This document shows positions 1 through 10,122 of a stretch of 64,000 bases of DNA, piece by piece. The notes under the pieces were generated by a model. It did not search any database. It saw only the letters and a program-made list of their open reading frames with translations, and was not told where the DNA came from. This DNA is from Bacteroidia bacterium. Lineage in GTDB: Bacteria; Bacteroidota; Bacteroidia; AKYH767-A; JBBKVM01. Numbering within the stretch: the stretch's first letter is position 1; each line of letters opens with the position of its first letter. The translations under genes and the position numbers were made by a program. The DNA lies in NCBI GenBank assembly GCA_037969175.1, contig JBBKWX010000039.1:3752-67751 (forward strand), given 5' to 3'.

Positions 1-1
1 G

Positions 2-1870
2 GCAAGAATACTAACCATTTTGTTTCTTGTGTTTGCTTTTTCTCAGCCATTTATACCTGTTGGAAATGCTGGTCCTGTGGTTCAACAAAGAATTGTAAGT
101 GTATTTATTGACAATTCTTTTAGCATGGAACAGGAGGGTAATAATGGAACCTTGCTAGACGAAGCGAAAGCAAAAGCAGAAGCAATTGCACAAGCATACT
201 CCCCTTCTGACAGATACCATTTGCTTACACAGGATTTTGAAAGTCGTCATCAGCGGAACATGAGTCGTGATGAATTCTTAGAAGCCGTACAAGAGGTCAA
301 ACCCACTGCCAGTGTGCATATGTTGCATGAGATACTGAACAGACAAAAAGAAGCCTTACAAGACTTTGAAGTAGCTGCCCGCAAGATCTATATGCTGACT
401 GATCTACAAAAAACAGGTATTGATCTAACTCAATTGAATGCTGATACTTTGAATCATATTAATATGATTCCACTTGTTGGGCAAACTTTCAGGAATATTA
501 GCATTGATACCTGTTGGATAAATACGCCTGCTATTCAACCCGGTGCAAGGGTAGAATTAAATGTGAGATTGAAGAATTTTAGTGAAACGGATGAAAGTCA
601 GATTCCATTAAAACTAAGTGTAAATGGAAGTCAGCGAGCTATAAGTTCAGTTGATATTTCGGGAAATGGAGAATCTGAAGTTGTACTTTCATTTACAGTA
701 AATGAAAGTGGTTGGCAGAATTGTCAATTATCAATCAGCGATCATCCCATCACTTTTGATGACACGTATTATTTAAGCTTTCCGGTTTCGGAAGTGCTCA
801 ATGTTTTAACCATTATTTCCAGTGGTGACAATCAGAATTTAAATGCGGTTTATTCTACAGACCCTTATTATAAACAAAGTCAGACAGAAGTAACGAAAGT
901 TGACTATGGAAGTCTTAGCAAGTATGACCTAATAATTCTTCAGGGTCTTGATATGATACCCAGTGGCTTATCGGCTTCTATTTCAGAATTGGTAAAGCAA
1001 GGAGGTACTGTTTGCGTTGTTCCGGGAACAAAAGCTGATTTGGGTAGTTATCAATCGTTTTTAAGCAATGTTGATGCAAATTATTTAAGTGGCTCCGATA
1101 CTCAATATGTAAAGGTCAATGCTATCGATATCAGAAATGAACTATTCAAAGATGTTTTTGAAAAGGCGCCCGATAATATTGAAATGCCCTGGACAAAAAA
1201 GAGATATTTATTGAGTCTGAATACGCGTATCAGTGGTGAAAATCTGATGACATATACAGATGGTCAGGTATTTTTAAAGAAATTTAATTCAGGAAACGGA
1301 AAAGTATATCTTTTTACTTCTTCCCTATCTGCTTCTGAAAGTAATTTCAGCAGTCATGCATTATTTGTTCCTGTATTCCTAAGATTAGCTTTATTAAGCA
1401 GACAAGATGGTGGTAATGCAAATATTATTGGCAGAGACAGAAGTATTTCTATTCCGATACAAATTGATCTGCAAGGAGATAAAGTAGCTCATTTGATAAA
1501 TAAAGAAAATCAATTTGATATAATTCCTGAAATAAAGAATATTGGTCGGCGGTCATTTCTTGAGATCTATGATCAGATCAAAGATGCCGGTATATATGAA
1601 TTGAATCACAACGAAAAAGCAATATGGAATTACGCTTTTAATTTTGACAGGAAAGAAAGTGATCCTAAGATATACACAATTGAGGAACTGAAGAATTTTA
1701 CAGAACAGGCGGGGATAACACAAATCAGCTTTATGGAAGGCGGGGTGAAAAACTTTGAAAAATTCATCAGTGAATCCGAAAAAGGAATTTCTCTTTGGAA
1801 GATCTGTATTCTGCTTGCATTGGTTTTTATAGGAATTGAAGTGTTGCTTTTAAAATTCATGAAATCATGA
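2..1870 (+). CDS. vWA-domain membrane protein, BatA-like (aerotolerance-regulator N-terminal-domain family). 5'-partial: the reading frame is open to the window edge.
   Basis: Frame is open from nt 2 (ARILTILFLVFAFSQ...) with no upstream stop, so the N-terminus lies outside the window. A VWA MIDAS-like motif VFIDNSFSM is present. A C-terminal hydrophobic TM segment LWKICILLALVFIGIEVLLL is present. The stop overlaps the next ATG (ATGA at 1867-1870). Confidence 0.6.
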   Translation, partial: ARILTILFLVFAFSQPFIPVGNAGPVVQQRIVSVFIDNSFSMEQEGNNGTLLDEAKAKAEAIAQAYSPSDRYHLLTQDFESRHQRNMSRDEFLEAVQEVKPTASVHMLHEILNRQKEALQDFEVAARKIYMLTDLQKTGIDLTQLNADTLNHINMIPLVGQTFRNISIDTCWINTPAIQPGARVELNVRLKNFSETDESQIPLKLSVNGSQRAISSVDISGNGESEVVLSFTVNESGWQNCQLSISDHPITFDDTYYLSFPVSEVLNVLTIISSGDNQNLNAVYSTDPYYKQSQTEVTKVDYGSLSKYDLIILQGLDMIPSGLSASISELVKQGGTVCVVPGTKADLGSYQSFLSNVDANYLSGSDTQYVKVNAIDIRNELFKDVFEKAPDNIEMPWTKKRYLLSLNTRISGENLMTYTDGQVFLKKFNSGNGKVYLFTSSLSASESNFSSHALFVPVFLRLALLSRQDGGNANIIGRDRSISIPIQIDLQGDKVAHLINKENQFDIIPEIKNIGRRSFLEIYDQIKDAGIYELNHNEKAIWNYAFNFDRKESDPKIYTIEELKNFTEQAGITQISFMEGGVKNFEKFISESEKGISLWKICILLALVFIGIEVLLLKFMKS

Positions 1871-3141
1871 TCTATCTTTTGAAATCTGCGATCTTACGAT
1901 CACCGGGGCATTCATTAAATGGGAAAAAAGTTGATCTTTTGGTAACTCACGGCAAGATCAATCAACTATCCGGTAAAAGTATAACTGAAACAAAAGTTGA
2001 TGAAGTGATCGACTGTCAAGGATTAAGCATTAGTCCGGGATGGTTTGATATGCAGGTCAATTTCAGGGAGCCGGGTTATGAATATAAGGAAGAGATAGCT
2101 ACAGGACTTGAAGCAGCAAAAGCAGGAGGATTTACCGGAGTTGCACTGATGCCAAGCACTAAGCCCGCCATTCAAAGCAGGTCAGAAGTTGAATATGTGA
2201 TCCGGAAAGCACAGAATAGCGGAGTGGATCTGATACCGGTTGGTTGTATCTCTGTGAACAGAGAAGGTGTTGATATTGCAGAAATGTATGATATGTATCA
2301 AGCCGGAGCAAGAGCTTTTTCGGATGATCAAAGACCTGTGAAAGATGCAGGATTGATGTTACGTGTTTTGCAATATTCTCTGAATTTTGGTGGATTGGTA
2401 TTTTCTTTTCCTGAAGATACAAGTATTAGTGGCAAGGGGCAGGTAAATGAAAGTGAGGTGACCATTTCATTGGGAATTAAGACCTCGCCTGCAATGGCCG
2501 AAGAATTATGTATTGCAAGAGATATTGAATTATCAAAATATGCGGAGGCTCCGATACACTTTAATACAATCTCTACTTCAAAAGGAGTTGAACTTATAAG
2601 GCAAGCAAAAAAAGCAGGTTTACAAGTAAGCGCCGGTGTTAGTATGAACCATTTGGTTCTTGATGATAGTTCTTTGGAAGGTTTTGATAGTAATTTCAAG
2701 ATCAAGCCTCCATTGAGATCTAAAGCAGACAGAAAAGCTTTGATCGCAGGTTTAAAAGACGGCACTATCGATGTAATTGTTTCGGATCACCGACCCGAAG
2801 ATGAAGAATCCAAAGTAAGAGAATTTGAACATGCCTCTTATGGAACTATCGGTTTGGAGAGTTTGTTTGGTTTAGCCGGCAAATACATAATTCCTGAGAT
2901 AGGAATGGATAACTTCATCAATGCGGTGTCAATAAAACCCAGGATTTTGATGGATGCTCCTCAAGCCCTTATTGAAACAGGAGCGAATGCGAATTTTACG
3001 ATCTTTTCTGAAGATGAAGAATATGATTTTGATAAAAAGCATATCAGATCAAAATCCATGAATACTCCTTACCTGGGAGAATTAATGAAGGGCAAGGTGA
3101 AAGGAGTATTAAATCAAGGAGTTTATTTTAAGGTCGACTAA
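1867..3141 (+). CDS. Dihydroorotase-like cyclic amidohydrolase, probably a catalytically inactive PyrC'-type pseudoenzyme.
   Basis: 424 aa. Colinear with class I DHOase: ...DMQVNFREPGYEYKEEIATGLEAAKAGGFT..., SDDQRPV, and DHRPE in place of DHAPH. The canonical HxH Zn ligands (D-x-H-V-H-x-REPG) are replaced by Q-V-N. ATG at 1867 is coupled to the upstream gene. Confidence 0.75.
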   Translation: MIYLLKSAILRSPGHSLNGKKVDLLVTHGKINQLSGKSITETKVDEVIDCQGLSISPGWFDMQVNFREPGYEYKEEIATGLEAAKAGGFTGVALMPSTKPAIQSRSEVEYVIRKAQNSGVDLIPVGCISVNREGVDIAEMYDMYQAGARAFSDDQRPVKDAGLMLRVLQYSLNFGGLVFSFPEDTSISGKGQVNESEVTISLGIKTSPAMAEELCIARDIELSKYAEAPIHFNTISTSKGVELIRQAKKAGLQVSAGVSMNHLVLDDSSLEGFDSNFKIKPPLRSKADRKALIAGLKDGTIDVIVSDHRPEDEESKVREFEHASYGTIGLESLFGLAGKYIIPEIGMDNFINAVSIKPRILMDAPQALIETGANANFTIFSEDEEYDFDKKHIRSKSMNTPYLGELMKGKVKGVLNQGVYFKVD

Positions 3142-3255
3142 TCAAAATCCGGTGATTTGTATAAATATCCACCATCGGCTATCTGATGCATATTGATCAA
3201 ATAAGAAACTACTGAAATAGGATATATAATTTATCCCAAAATGTATTTAAAAAAA

Positions 3256-3286
3256 GAACCCCGAAACAAGTTTCGGGGTTCTTTGT
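3256..3286. terminator. Bidirectional rho-independent terminator hairpin between convergent genes.
   Basis: Perfect 12-bp inverted repeat GAACCCCGAAAC-aag-GTTTCGGGGTTC. It is preceded by an A7 run, which is a U-run for the minus-strand gene ending at 3304, and followed by TTTGT on the + strand. Confidence 0.8.
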
Positions 3287-3303
3287 ATCATAAGTGAAAG
3301 CAA

Positions 3304-5136
3304 TTATTTGGTCACGACCATTTTCCTTCTAACATCATTATTTCCAACAGTAATAACTGCAGAATAGACACCAGCAGGTAATGAACGTAAGTCAAGCTGC
3401 ATACTGTTAGCACCTTGAGAAACAAATCCATAATTCTGATCCATAATAAGCTGCCCATTGATATTGAATATCTTCAAAGCCATTTTTGAAGGTGTATCCA
3501 GATTAAAATCAAGGTTGATCAGATTATTAGCAGGGTTTGGATAGAACATTCCGAATTCACCTTTAGCAATGTTATTCTCTTGAACAGCAACGCCGGATTG
3601 TCTTTTGATAGTTGCATTGATCATCAGATCACGAATCTCTCTGTAACGATACGGAGCCCATGAATTTGATAAGATCTCATATGTATTGTTTGAGATAGGA
3701 AGGTTGGTATCTTCTCCCAAAACAATTCCTTCTCCATCCATAACCCAACCAATATACACTGAACCTGAGGTGATAACAATTGGTGTAGGAAGCGTTACAG
3801 CATTCCAAGCATTCAAAAGGACAGAGGTAGAAGCAACAGTGATTGAATCGATCAAAGCACCCGGAGCACCATTTACACCACTGTCATCATAAACTTTAGC
3901 ATGGAATCCTGAATTAGTTGGATTAGTCATGATGAAGTAGTCAAGTTGTGTAAGATCGCAAGGATAAAATGGAGGTGTAAATTTCACTCCTGTTCCACCA
4001 TTGCCACCAGTCCAGCTAATTCCTGTTCCATCTGCAATTCCATCATCATAGCTAAGACGAATATTACTCAAAGTAGTATCGACAACCTGAAGCTCCATGA
4101 TCTTACGATTGTTTGAAGGAGTAGCGTCACCAGCCAACTGTGTATCTGTAAAGAAACGATAAACACCCGCAGTGGTAGGGTTGAATACAGTAGGACCAAC
4201 CAATATTTGAGAAGTACTTGGTGCCATTGGTGCAGTCATGATATTATCCTGAGCCTGAACAAAATTCGAAGCATTCAATACACGCATCCATACATTGAAC
4301 GGATTCAATGGCTGATTTCCTGTGTTGCTGATCTCAGTAGACATCTGGAATGAATTTCCTCCTTTTGAAAGAAATTTTCCACCCGTGGTTGGATTATCAT
4401 TTGATTGAACAGAAGCATCATTCACCTGGAATGTTACTACCGGAGGATAAGTAAAACCAACTACAGTATTCGCCGGTGGATATACCAACGTAGAATATTG
4501 AAGTCCGATATTACCAGTATTATTTTCCATCCCAATGGAAATAAATGACGCTGTTGAAACTGAAGCACCTTGCTGTTGAAGGTATTGGAATTTCAAACTG
4601 CTATCCGCTTTAGCTAGAATTATCTGGAATGAATTGCTTCCAGTATAACCGGCACCTACATTAGTATAAAAAGGAGCGTCGAGCCAGGAAACAACCAAAG
4701 AATCAGCTCCAGGGCTTGTATAGTACCAACAAGTTCCAATGTTACCCGGTTCACCGAATGTAAGATCAGAAGCAAATGGTGCTATCACATCATTTGGTGC
4801 AGCTGCAGTTGGAAATGATGGAAAAGGATGAGCCATCATGTTAAGGCCATTAAATTTAATATAACCATTAGATCCTATCCAGAACTGGGATACATCGTAC
4901 CAATAATATCTGAAAGGGAATCCTATGACAAATGGGCCAACTACATTATCATCCAATAGTCCGGATACCTGAGTAGCTCCAGGAAGAGTTGTGATATCGA
5001 CCCAATTAAATACGGGACCTCCTACTGCATTTTGATCGGCCCAGGTATAGCCAAAAGTGTCAGGTCCACCCGTTTGAGCCTGAAGCCCAAATGCAGTACC
5101 AATTAAAAATAAGCTTGAGAATAATAGTTTTTTCAT
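3304..5136 (-). CDS. Secreted protein with a T9SS type-A C-terminal sorting domain (Por_Secre_tail). Function unknown.
   Basis: Signal peptide MKKLLFSSLFLIGTAFGLQAQ. C-terminal ~80 aa ...FYPNPANNLINLDFNLD...LKIFNINGQLIMDQ...GVYSAVITVGNNDVRRKMVVTK is typical of T9SS CTD type A. ATG confirmed at 5134-5136. Confidence 0.8.
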   Translation of the reverse strand: MKKLLFSSLFLIGTAFGLQAQTGGPDTFGYTWADQNAVGGPVFNWVDITTLPGATQVSGLLDDNVVGPFVIGFPFRYYWYDVSQFWIGSNGYIKFNGLNMMAHPFPSFPTAAAPNDVIAPFASDLTFGEPGNIGTCWYYTSPGADSLVVSWLDAPFYTNVGAGYTGSNSFQIILAKADSSLKFQYLQQQGASVSTASFISIGMENNTGNIGLQYSTLVYPPANTVVGFTYPPVVTFQVNDASVQSNDNPTTGGKFLSKGGNSFQMSTEISNTGNQPLNPFNVWMRVLNASNFVQAQDNIMTAPMAPSTSQILVGPTVFNPTTAGVYRFFTDTQLAGDATPSNNRKIMELQVVDTTLSNIRLSYDDGIADGTGISWTGGNGGTGVKFTPPFYPCDLTQLDYFIMTNPTNSGFHAKVYDDSGVNGAPGALIDSITVASTSVLLNAWNAVTLPTPIVITSGSVYIGWVMDGEGIVLGEDTNLPISNNTYEILSNSWAPYRYREIRDLMINATIKRQSGVAVQENNIAKGEFGMFYPNPANNLINLDFNLDTPSKMALKIFNINGQLIMDQNYGFVSQGANSMQLDLRSLPAGVYSAVITVGNNDVRRKMVVTK

Positions 5137-5265
5137 GAGTTATGGTTTTGTGTGATTGTGTGGTATTCTAATTGCCTAAATTATTCAATTGTATATTCTA
5201 AAACAAACTATTTTAGATTTACTAAATTTTTGTTTTATCAGAGCATGAATTCTGAACAATGAATT

Positions 5266-6054
5266 TTAAAAATCCATCTTCACTTGTAGACCATCATAAG
5301 CGCAGTGAACATTTTCCGGTAGAATCAATTCTACTTCTTCGTGTTTACCTAATTGATGACTTATATGTGTAAGAAACGCTTTTTCAGGTTTTAAATCTTT
5401 TATAAGATCCAATGCTTCCTGTAGATTAAAATGTGAAATATGTTGTTCTTTCCTGAGAGCGTTTAATACTAATACTTTAGAACCCCTGATCTTTTCTTTT
5501 TCTTTTTCCGAAATAAAGTTTGCATCCGTAATATAGGTAAAATCCTCAATCCTAAAGCCGAATACAGGTAAGTTTAAATGTAAAACTTCAATTGGTAAAA
5601 TGTCAAATTCAGCAGCTTTGAAGAGTTTATTCCCTATATGATTCAAATTTAGTTTTGGGATTCCGGGATATGAGTCATTATTAAAAATATAACTAAACTC
5701 TCTTTTTAATGCTTGCTCTACCCTATCTGAAGCATATACTTCAGTTGGATTACCGGATACATAATTGAAAGCACGGATATCATCCATACCGGCAATATGG
5801 TCTTTATGTTCATGAGTAAAAATGAGGGCATCCAGTTTTGTAACTTTCTCTCTTAGCATTTGCGCCCGAAAATCAGGGCCCGAATCGATTACTAATACCC
5901 TTCCCGCCTTTTCAAACATGATAGAAGTACGGGTTCTGTTATCTTTTAGGTCTGTTGAAGTGCAAACACGGCATGAACAAGCAATGACGGGTACTCCTTG
6001 CGAAGTACCCGTTCCTAAGAAAGTTGCTTTGAGAACGGAATCCATATCGGTCAT
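5266..6054 (-). CDS. MBL-fold metallo-hydrolase, PhnP-like (cyclic phosphodiesterase family).
   Basis: THEHKDH (HxHxDH) motif. An N-terminal CxCxxC cluster (CSCRVCTS) as in PhnP-type MBL enzymes. ATG at 6052-6054. Confidence 0.8.
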   Translation of the reverse strand: MTDMDSVLKATFLGTGTSQGVPVIACSCRVCTSTDLKDNRTRTSIMFEKAGRVLVIDSGPDFRAQMLREKVTKLDALIFTHEHKDHIAGMDDIRAFNYVSGNPTEVYASDRVEQALKREFSYIFNNDSYPGIPKLNLNHIGNKLFKAAEFDILPIEVLHLNLPVFGFRIEDFTYITDANFISEKEKEKIRGSKVLVLNALRKEQHISHFNLQEALDLIKDLKPEKAFLTHISHQLGKHEEVELILPENVHCAYDGLQVKMDF

Positions 6055-6084
6055 AAAGATATGTATCCCGACAAAGAATAAAAA

Positions 6085-9000
6085 TCAATTTTTCTTTATT
6101 AATCGAATTGATTCCTTTAGTCCTTCTTTATTCATGATCGTTAAAATATATGAGCCGGGTGTCAGATCAGAATTTGTATTTATAAGGATCTCGTTATATC
6201 CATAATGTGTGTTTTTGTCAAGCTCCATGATTCTATTGCCTAAAGAATTGTCGAGATATATCGTCAATGATTCTTCTGCAATACACTTTAATTCAATCGT
6301 AAATTGATCAACGAAAGGATTAGGAAATACCTTTGTTAATTCAAAAGCCGGCAGTTCTTTTTCAAGTTTGATCTGGACAACTATCGGATCAAATATTTCA
6401 AATTTTCCATCAAAATCTGTTTGTGTCAAACGATAATAGTTGTTTCCTGCTGCAGGATCCCGATGTACATATTCATAGTTTCGTGTTTGATTGACCGTAC
6501 CACTTCCGGCTATTTTACCTATGGTCTTATAATCAATTCCATCAATGCTATGTTGGATATTGAAATAATCGTTGTTCAATTCAGATCCTGTAGTCCAACT
6601 GTTTAGTACTCCATTATCTGTATTTTTCGCAGTGTAATTTAACAGGGTTACCGGTAATGGAGACTGAACTCTGTTTATACTTCCTATATAAAACTGGTTG
6701 ACCAAGGTTATTGGGGTCAAGCCGGTTCTTTCCACCCAAGGAAGTAGAATACTGCCAGAATTTAAGCCACTATTGCCTATAACTGAATTTGCAGCCATGA
6801 TCCGAAGATCATTCACATTTCCAATAGTTCCGAATCCGGTACCACCGATTCGCAGGTTAAATATTCCTGAAGTGATCAATGTGTTTGTTATGAGCCAGTT
6901 TGCATTCAACCTGTTTACGATTGTTGCGGTACCATCCGGAACACTTACAGGTATGACTTGAGCAGAAGGCGTGTGTGTCAAAGTGATGCTTCCGCCATTG
7001 CTTACAGTTACAGGGTTTGAAATGTACACACCTCGACTATCCCAAGCTGAACCAACGGGAAAAAATCCGGCTGTATCATTATCAGCTATTTTAGTATTTA
7101 ACAGCCATCTTGTTACTGAACCACCATGAAGCCATCCTTTTTGAACTTTTAAATTTCCTATTGTTGTTGATGCCCTTCCACTGCCAACAGTAAGATTAAA
7201 ATTATTCAAAAAGACTTTGGAAGTATTTAATAAGAGTTGTTTGTATACCTGTACATTTCCGTTCAATTGTACGGCATCTGCAATCAGAGCTGTATTTGAT
7301 AAGTTCAAGTTATTAAAATTCTCTTTTAAGGTTACCGTGATGTTTTGTTTGGTGCTTCCATTAAAAGTCACCGTACCATCTCTTCGGGTAAATGTGCCGG
7401 CATTTTTCCAATCCCCTTGTAGTTCTATATTATAGTTCGATAAGGTTGCATCTAGTGACGCTCCCGGCAAGATCTCAAGAGAAGATAAAAGTTTCAGATC
7501 CGATTTTAGATATGTGACTGATGAATAAAGACTGAGGTTATTCAATGTCATCGTATTTCCGCCATTCTGAGATTGTAAGTTGCTTACATTAGAACCCATC
7601 AAAATAGTGCTTTGTCCTGCGTTCACAATCCCTTTTATATAGGTAAGGTCGCGAGTCATGGTTATAAAATTTTCAAGATAAAGCGTTCCGGAATTCTTAT
7701 TAATGATCAATCCTCCTATCCTGCCCTGCCCTGAAGTCGGAGTGCCTGATAAAATCTGATCTGTATTTCCGATCAGATTGATTATCACGGAACTGTTACC
7801 ACCAATTGGAGTATTAGCAATTGTAACATTCTTCATTACATCCAACTGTCCACCATTAATAGTAATGGTACCAATTCCATTTTGTTCAAAATTATTAGAT
7901 ACGGAAACAGTATCATTTAATGTATGTGTATTGGTTCCGGTAGTGATCTTACTATATATAAGATCGTAAAACGCCGCTTTACCTTTGACGTTATTAGATG
8001 TTGTAAAAAGAAAGGTTGAAGTCCCGGGATCCACATTGCCTTGAAGGTATTCGAAATCTCCTGCGCTGGAAATAATTCCCGAATAAGTCAAAATACCACC
8101 CGTCTTATTTATTGAAAGATGAGGAACTCTGCATGAATTTGCAATTGCTTGACTCATTAATTTTTGATCTTTAGTTCCTTCAAAAGAAATGACACAAGAA
8201 CCAGCACCCAAAGTCCCGGTTGATGTCAACTCAAGATCTCCCAACAGTACAATTTTACCTGATCCGGCTTTATTGAGTATGCTATTGGATAAACCTGTAA
8301 TGTTTATTTTATCAGTGACAGTAATTTTTGAATTATCTGAAACAGTATATGTATTGTTCGCAGCCGGAGTAGCTCCATTGCTATCAAAAATGATCTCTTT
8401 GAAAGTCCAGTTTCCACTTATAGTTGCGCTCGAAGAACTTAAATATAAGGTAGCGGCTGAAGCATCAACATTACCTGATATCAGATTTAAATTTCGTGTA
8501 GGACTGATAGTTCCATTAATAAATAATGTTCCGGAAGGTTTATCAATAATAATATCATCAGGTAAGCGATTGTACCCGGGCATTTGCGTACCGTTGATCC
8601 GCTGAACTCCGGTTCCGTTAAAAACAATATCTGCAGTTCCCTGTCCGCCTTTGAATGTATTCAAAAGATGAAGATCACCTTGTATGTAGATCTTCCCACC
8701 CGAATTAAGATCTATTCTGCCAGCACCTTCCAGACTGAAGTCATGTTCCAAATTAAGACCCGTAGCCACAGGTACTGATATTGATTTGGTATTGGAATTA
8801 GAAACAAAAGTTAGATCATACAAACTCACACTTGATGTAATCGTTACACTATTATCATTCACAAGGATCTTTCCTTTGTTATGATAGAATGACGGACCGG
8901 TAAGTGTCAGATCCTTACGGGTAATGATGTTGCCTGAAGTTGATACAAAAGTTCCACCAGTATATCTAAGACTTCCGGTATTGAGTTCTATATCAGTATC

Positions 9001-9888
9001 GCCGCCAATGAATGTACCGCCCAATACATCAAAGTGAGAAGCATTTACACTCAGTGGCTGATCTCCCTGACGAATTGATCCCGTAAAGGTTGTCAACATA
9101 TCTATTCCCAAAACATTAATAGCAGTATCCAGGTAGCAATCACCGGAGCCGGTTCCAAAGATCGCTAATCCACTTGCAGCAGGAACTCCCGCTCCACCTG
9201 TTCCATTACTGGAAAGTGACCAGTTTGAAGGATTAGACCAAAGTATAGATGATGAAGTGTAATTGAAAGTTCTTAGATCAACATATCCCTGAATATTATT
9301 TGTATTGACTGTGTTGATCACAAACTGGACTTGTGTCATTGCAGATGAGAATTGCACAGTATTCAGATTAAATATATACGAACCGGCAGTTACTATCGGA
9401 AATCCAATATTTGTTGTTGAAACAAGATTGCCTCCATTATTAAATTCCCTGGCACGTAGCTGAATAACCTGTCCGGCTGATAAATCCTGTATTTTAAGTT
9501 CAACCTTTCCTGTACTCTTGTCCAGAGAAATAAGGTTTGGAATATTGTTTTTAATATTTTCAATATTCAGTTCATATCCACCGGATAGATCATCTACTCT
9601 AAGCCGGGCGCTACCTGAATCATTTAATGCAAATGAACCTGTTCCATTATTATCAGCTAAACTCCATGAATTCAAAGCATCTGAAGTGCAAAATCTGCTG
9701 ATCACTCCGGATTGTCCAACCCAATATCTGTTTGGTCCGGCTGCAATAGCGTCCTGATTTGGAGCAAAATTGAAAAATATTAAAGAGCTGATGCAGGCCA
9801 TCAGAAAGATAGAGCTAGAAATAAGAATAACAGCTCTCCTGCTAATTTTTTGCTTCTGCTTAGTGCGTTGAACGTAACGGATTTTCAT
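6085..9888 (-). CDS. Large (~1267 aa) secreted beta-helix/adhesin-like protein with a T9SS type-A C-terminal sorting domain.
   Basis: The ORF track starts at a TTG at 9909. An in-frame ATG at 9888 gives MKIRYVQRTKQKQKISRRAVILISSSIFLMA, with a charged n-region plus hydrophobic core, so it is taken as the start. The C-terminus ...KVFPNPFVDQFTIELKC...SYILTIMNKEGLKESIRLIKKN is a T9SS CTD. The body is a long, repetitive N/G/T/S-rich region. Confidence 0.75.
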   Translation of the reverse strand: MKIRYVQRTKQKQKISRRAVILISSSIFLMACISSLIFFNFAPNQDAIAAGPNRYWVGQSGVISRFCTSDALNSWSLADNNGTGSFALNDSGSARLRVDDLSGGYELNIENIKNNIPNLISLDKSTGKVELKIQDLSAGQVIQLRAREFNNGGNLVSTTNIGFPIVTAGSYIFNLNTVQFSSAMTQVQFVINTVNTNNIQGYVDLRTFNYTSSSILWSNPSNWSLSSNGTGGAGVPAASGLAIFGTGSGDCYLDTAINVLGIDMLTTFTGSIRQGDQPLSVNASHFDVLGGTFIGGDTDIELNTGSLRYTGGTFVSTSGNIITRKDLTLTGPSFYHNKGKILVNDNSVTITSSVSLYDLTFVSNSNTKSISVPVATGLNLEHDFSLEGAGRIDLNSGGKIYIQGDLHLLNTFKGGQGTADIVFNGTGVQRINGTQMPGYNRLPDDIIIDKPSGTLFINGTISPTRNLNLISGNVDASAATLYLSSSSATISGNWTFKEIIFDSNGATPAANNTYTVSDNSKITVTDKINITGLSNSILNKAGSGKIVLLGDLELTSTGTLGAGSCVISFEGTKDQKLMSQAIANSCRVPHLSINKTGGILTYSGIISSAGDFEYLQGNVDPGTSTFLFTTSNNVKGKAAFYDLIYSKITTGTNTHTLNDTVSVSNNFEQNGIGTITINGGQLDVMKNVTIANTPIGGNSSVIINLIGNTDQILSGTPTSGQGRIGGLIINKNSGTLYLENFITMTRDLTYIKGIVNAGQSTILMGSNVSNLQSQNGGNTMTLNNLSLYSSVTYLKSDLKLLSSLEILPGASLDATLSNYNIELQGDWKNAGTFTRRDGTVTFNGSTKQNITVTLKENFNNLNLSNTALIADAVQLNGNVQVYKQLLLNTSKVFLNNFNLTVGSGRASTTIGNLKVQKGWLHGGSVTRWLLNTKIADNDTAGFFPVGSAWDSRGVYISNPVTVSNGGSITLTHTPSAQVIPVSVPDGTATIVNRLNANWLITNTLITSGIFNLRIGGTGFGTIGNVNDLRIMAANSVIGNSGLNSGSILLPWVERTGLTPITLVNQFYIGSINRVQSPLPVTLLNYTAKNTDNGVLNSWTTGSELNNDYFNIQHSIDGIDYKTIGKIAGSGTVNQTRNYEYVHRDPAAGNNYYRLTQTDFDGKFEIFDPIVVQIKLEKELPAFELTKVFPNPFVDQFTIELKCIAEESLTIYLDNSLGNRIMELDKNTHYGYNEILINTNSDLTPGSYILTIMNKEGLKESIRLIKKN

Positions 9889-9906
9889 GGGTATATTTTG
9901 TAGTTT

Positions 9907-9914
9907 CAAAACTA
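9907..9914 (-). promoter_or_regulatory. Candidate Bacteroidota -7 promoter box (TAGTTTTG on the minus strand) for the large T9SS cargo gene.
   Basis: Minus-strand sequence ...GGGGTAGTTTTGAAACTACAAAATATACC-ATG. The TAnnTTTG consensus lies 17 nt upstream of ATG 9888. It also forms a 7-bp palindrome GTAGTTT/AAACTAC. Confidence 0.35.
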
Positions 9915-9938
9915 CCCCAATGGATAAATAGAAAATCG

Positions 9939-9949
9939 TGAATCATTCA
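9939..9949. promoter_or_regulatory. 11-bp palindrome TGAATcATTCA in the upstream region of the large T9SS cargo gene; possible operator.
   Basis: Perfect 5+1+5 inverted repeat about 50-60 nt upstream of ATG 9888. A GTGAAT direct repeat flanks it at 9938-9943 and 9955-9960. Confidence 0.2.
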
Positions 9950-10122
9950 ATTAAGTGAATAATGTAAGTTCTTTCAATAAAAGTTGGATTTCAAGAGAAA
10001 TAATACTCTGACAAGTAATGTACGGATTCAGATATACCAAGGATATCAAGAGAATAGCATGCGGGTACGAAAAAAGCTATTATGTAAGATAATGCAGACC
10101 GGAAACCAAAAAAGTCAGTAAA

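Noticed and set aside
8189-8605. 138-aa + strand ORF, and several other 60-90-aa + ORFs between 6421 and 9757.
   Set aside because: They lie entirely antisense within the 3.8-kb T9SS cargo gene. Low-complexity translations; typical shadow ORFs.
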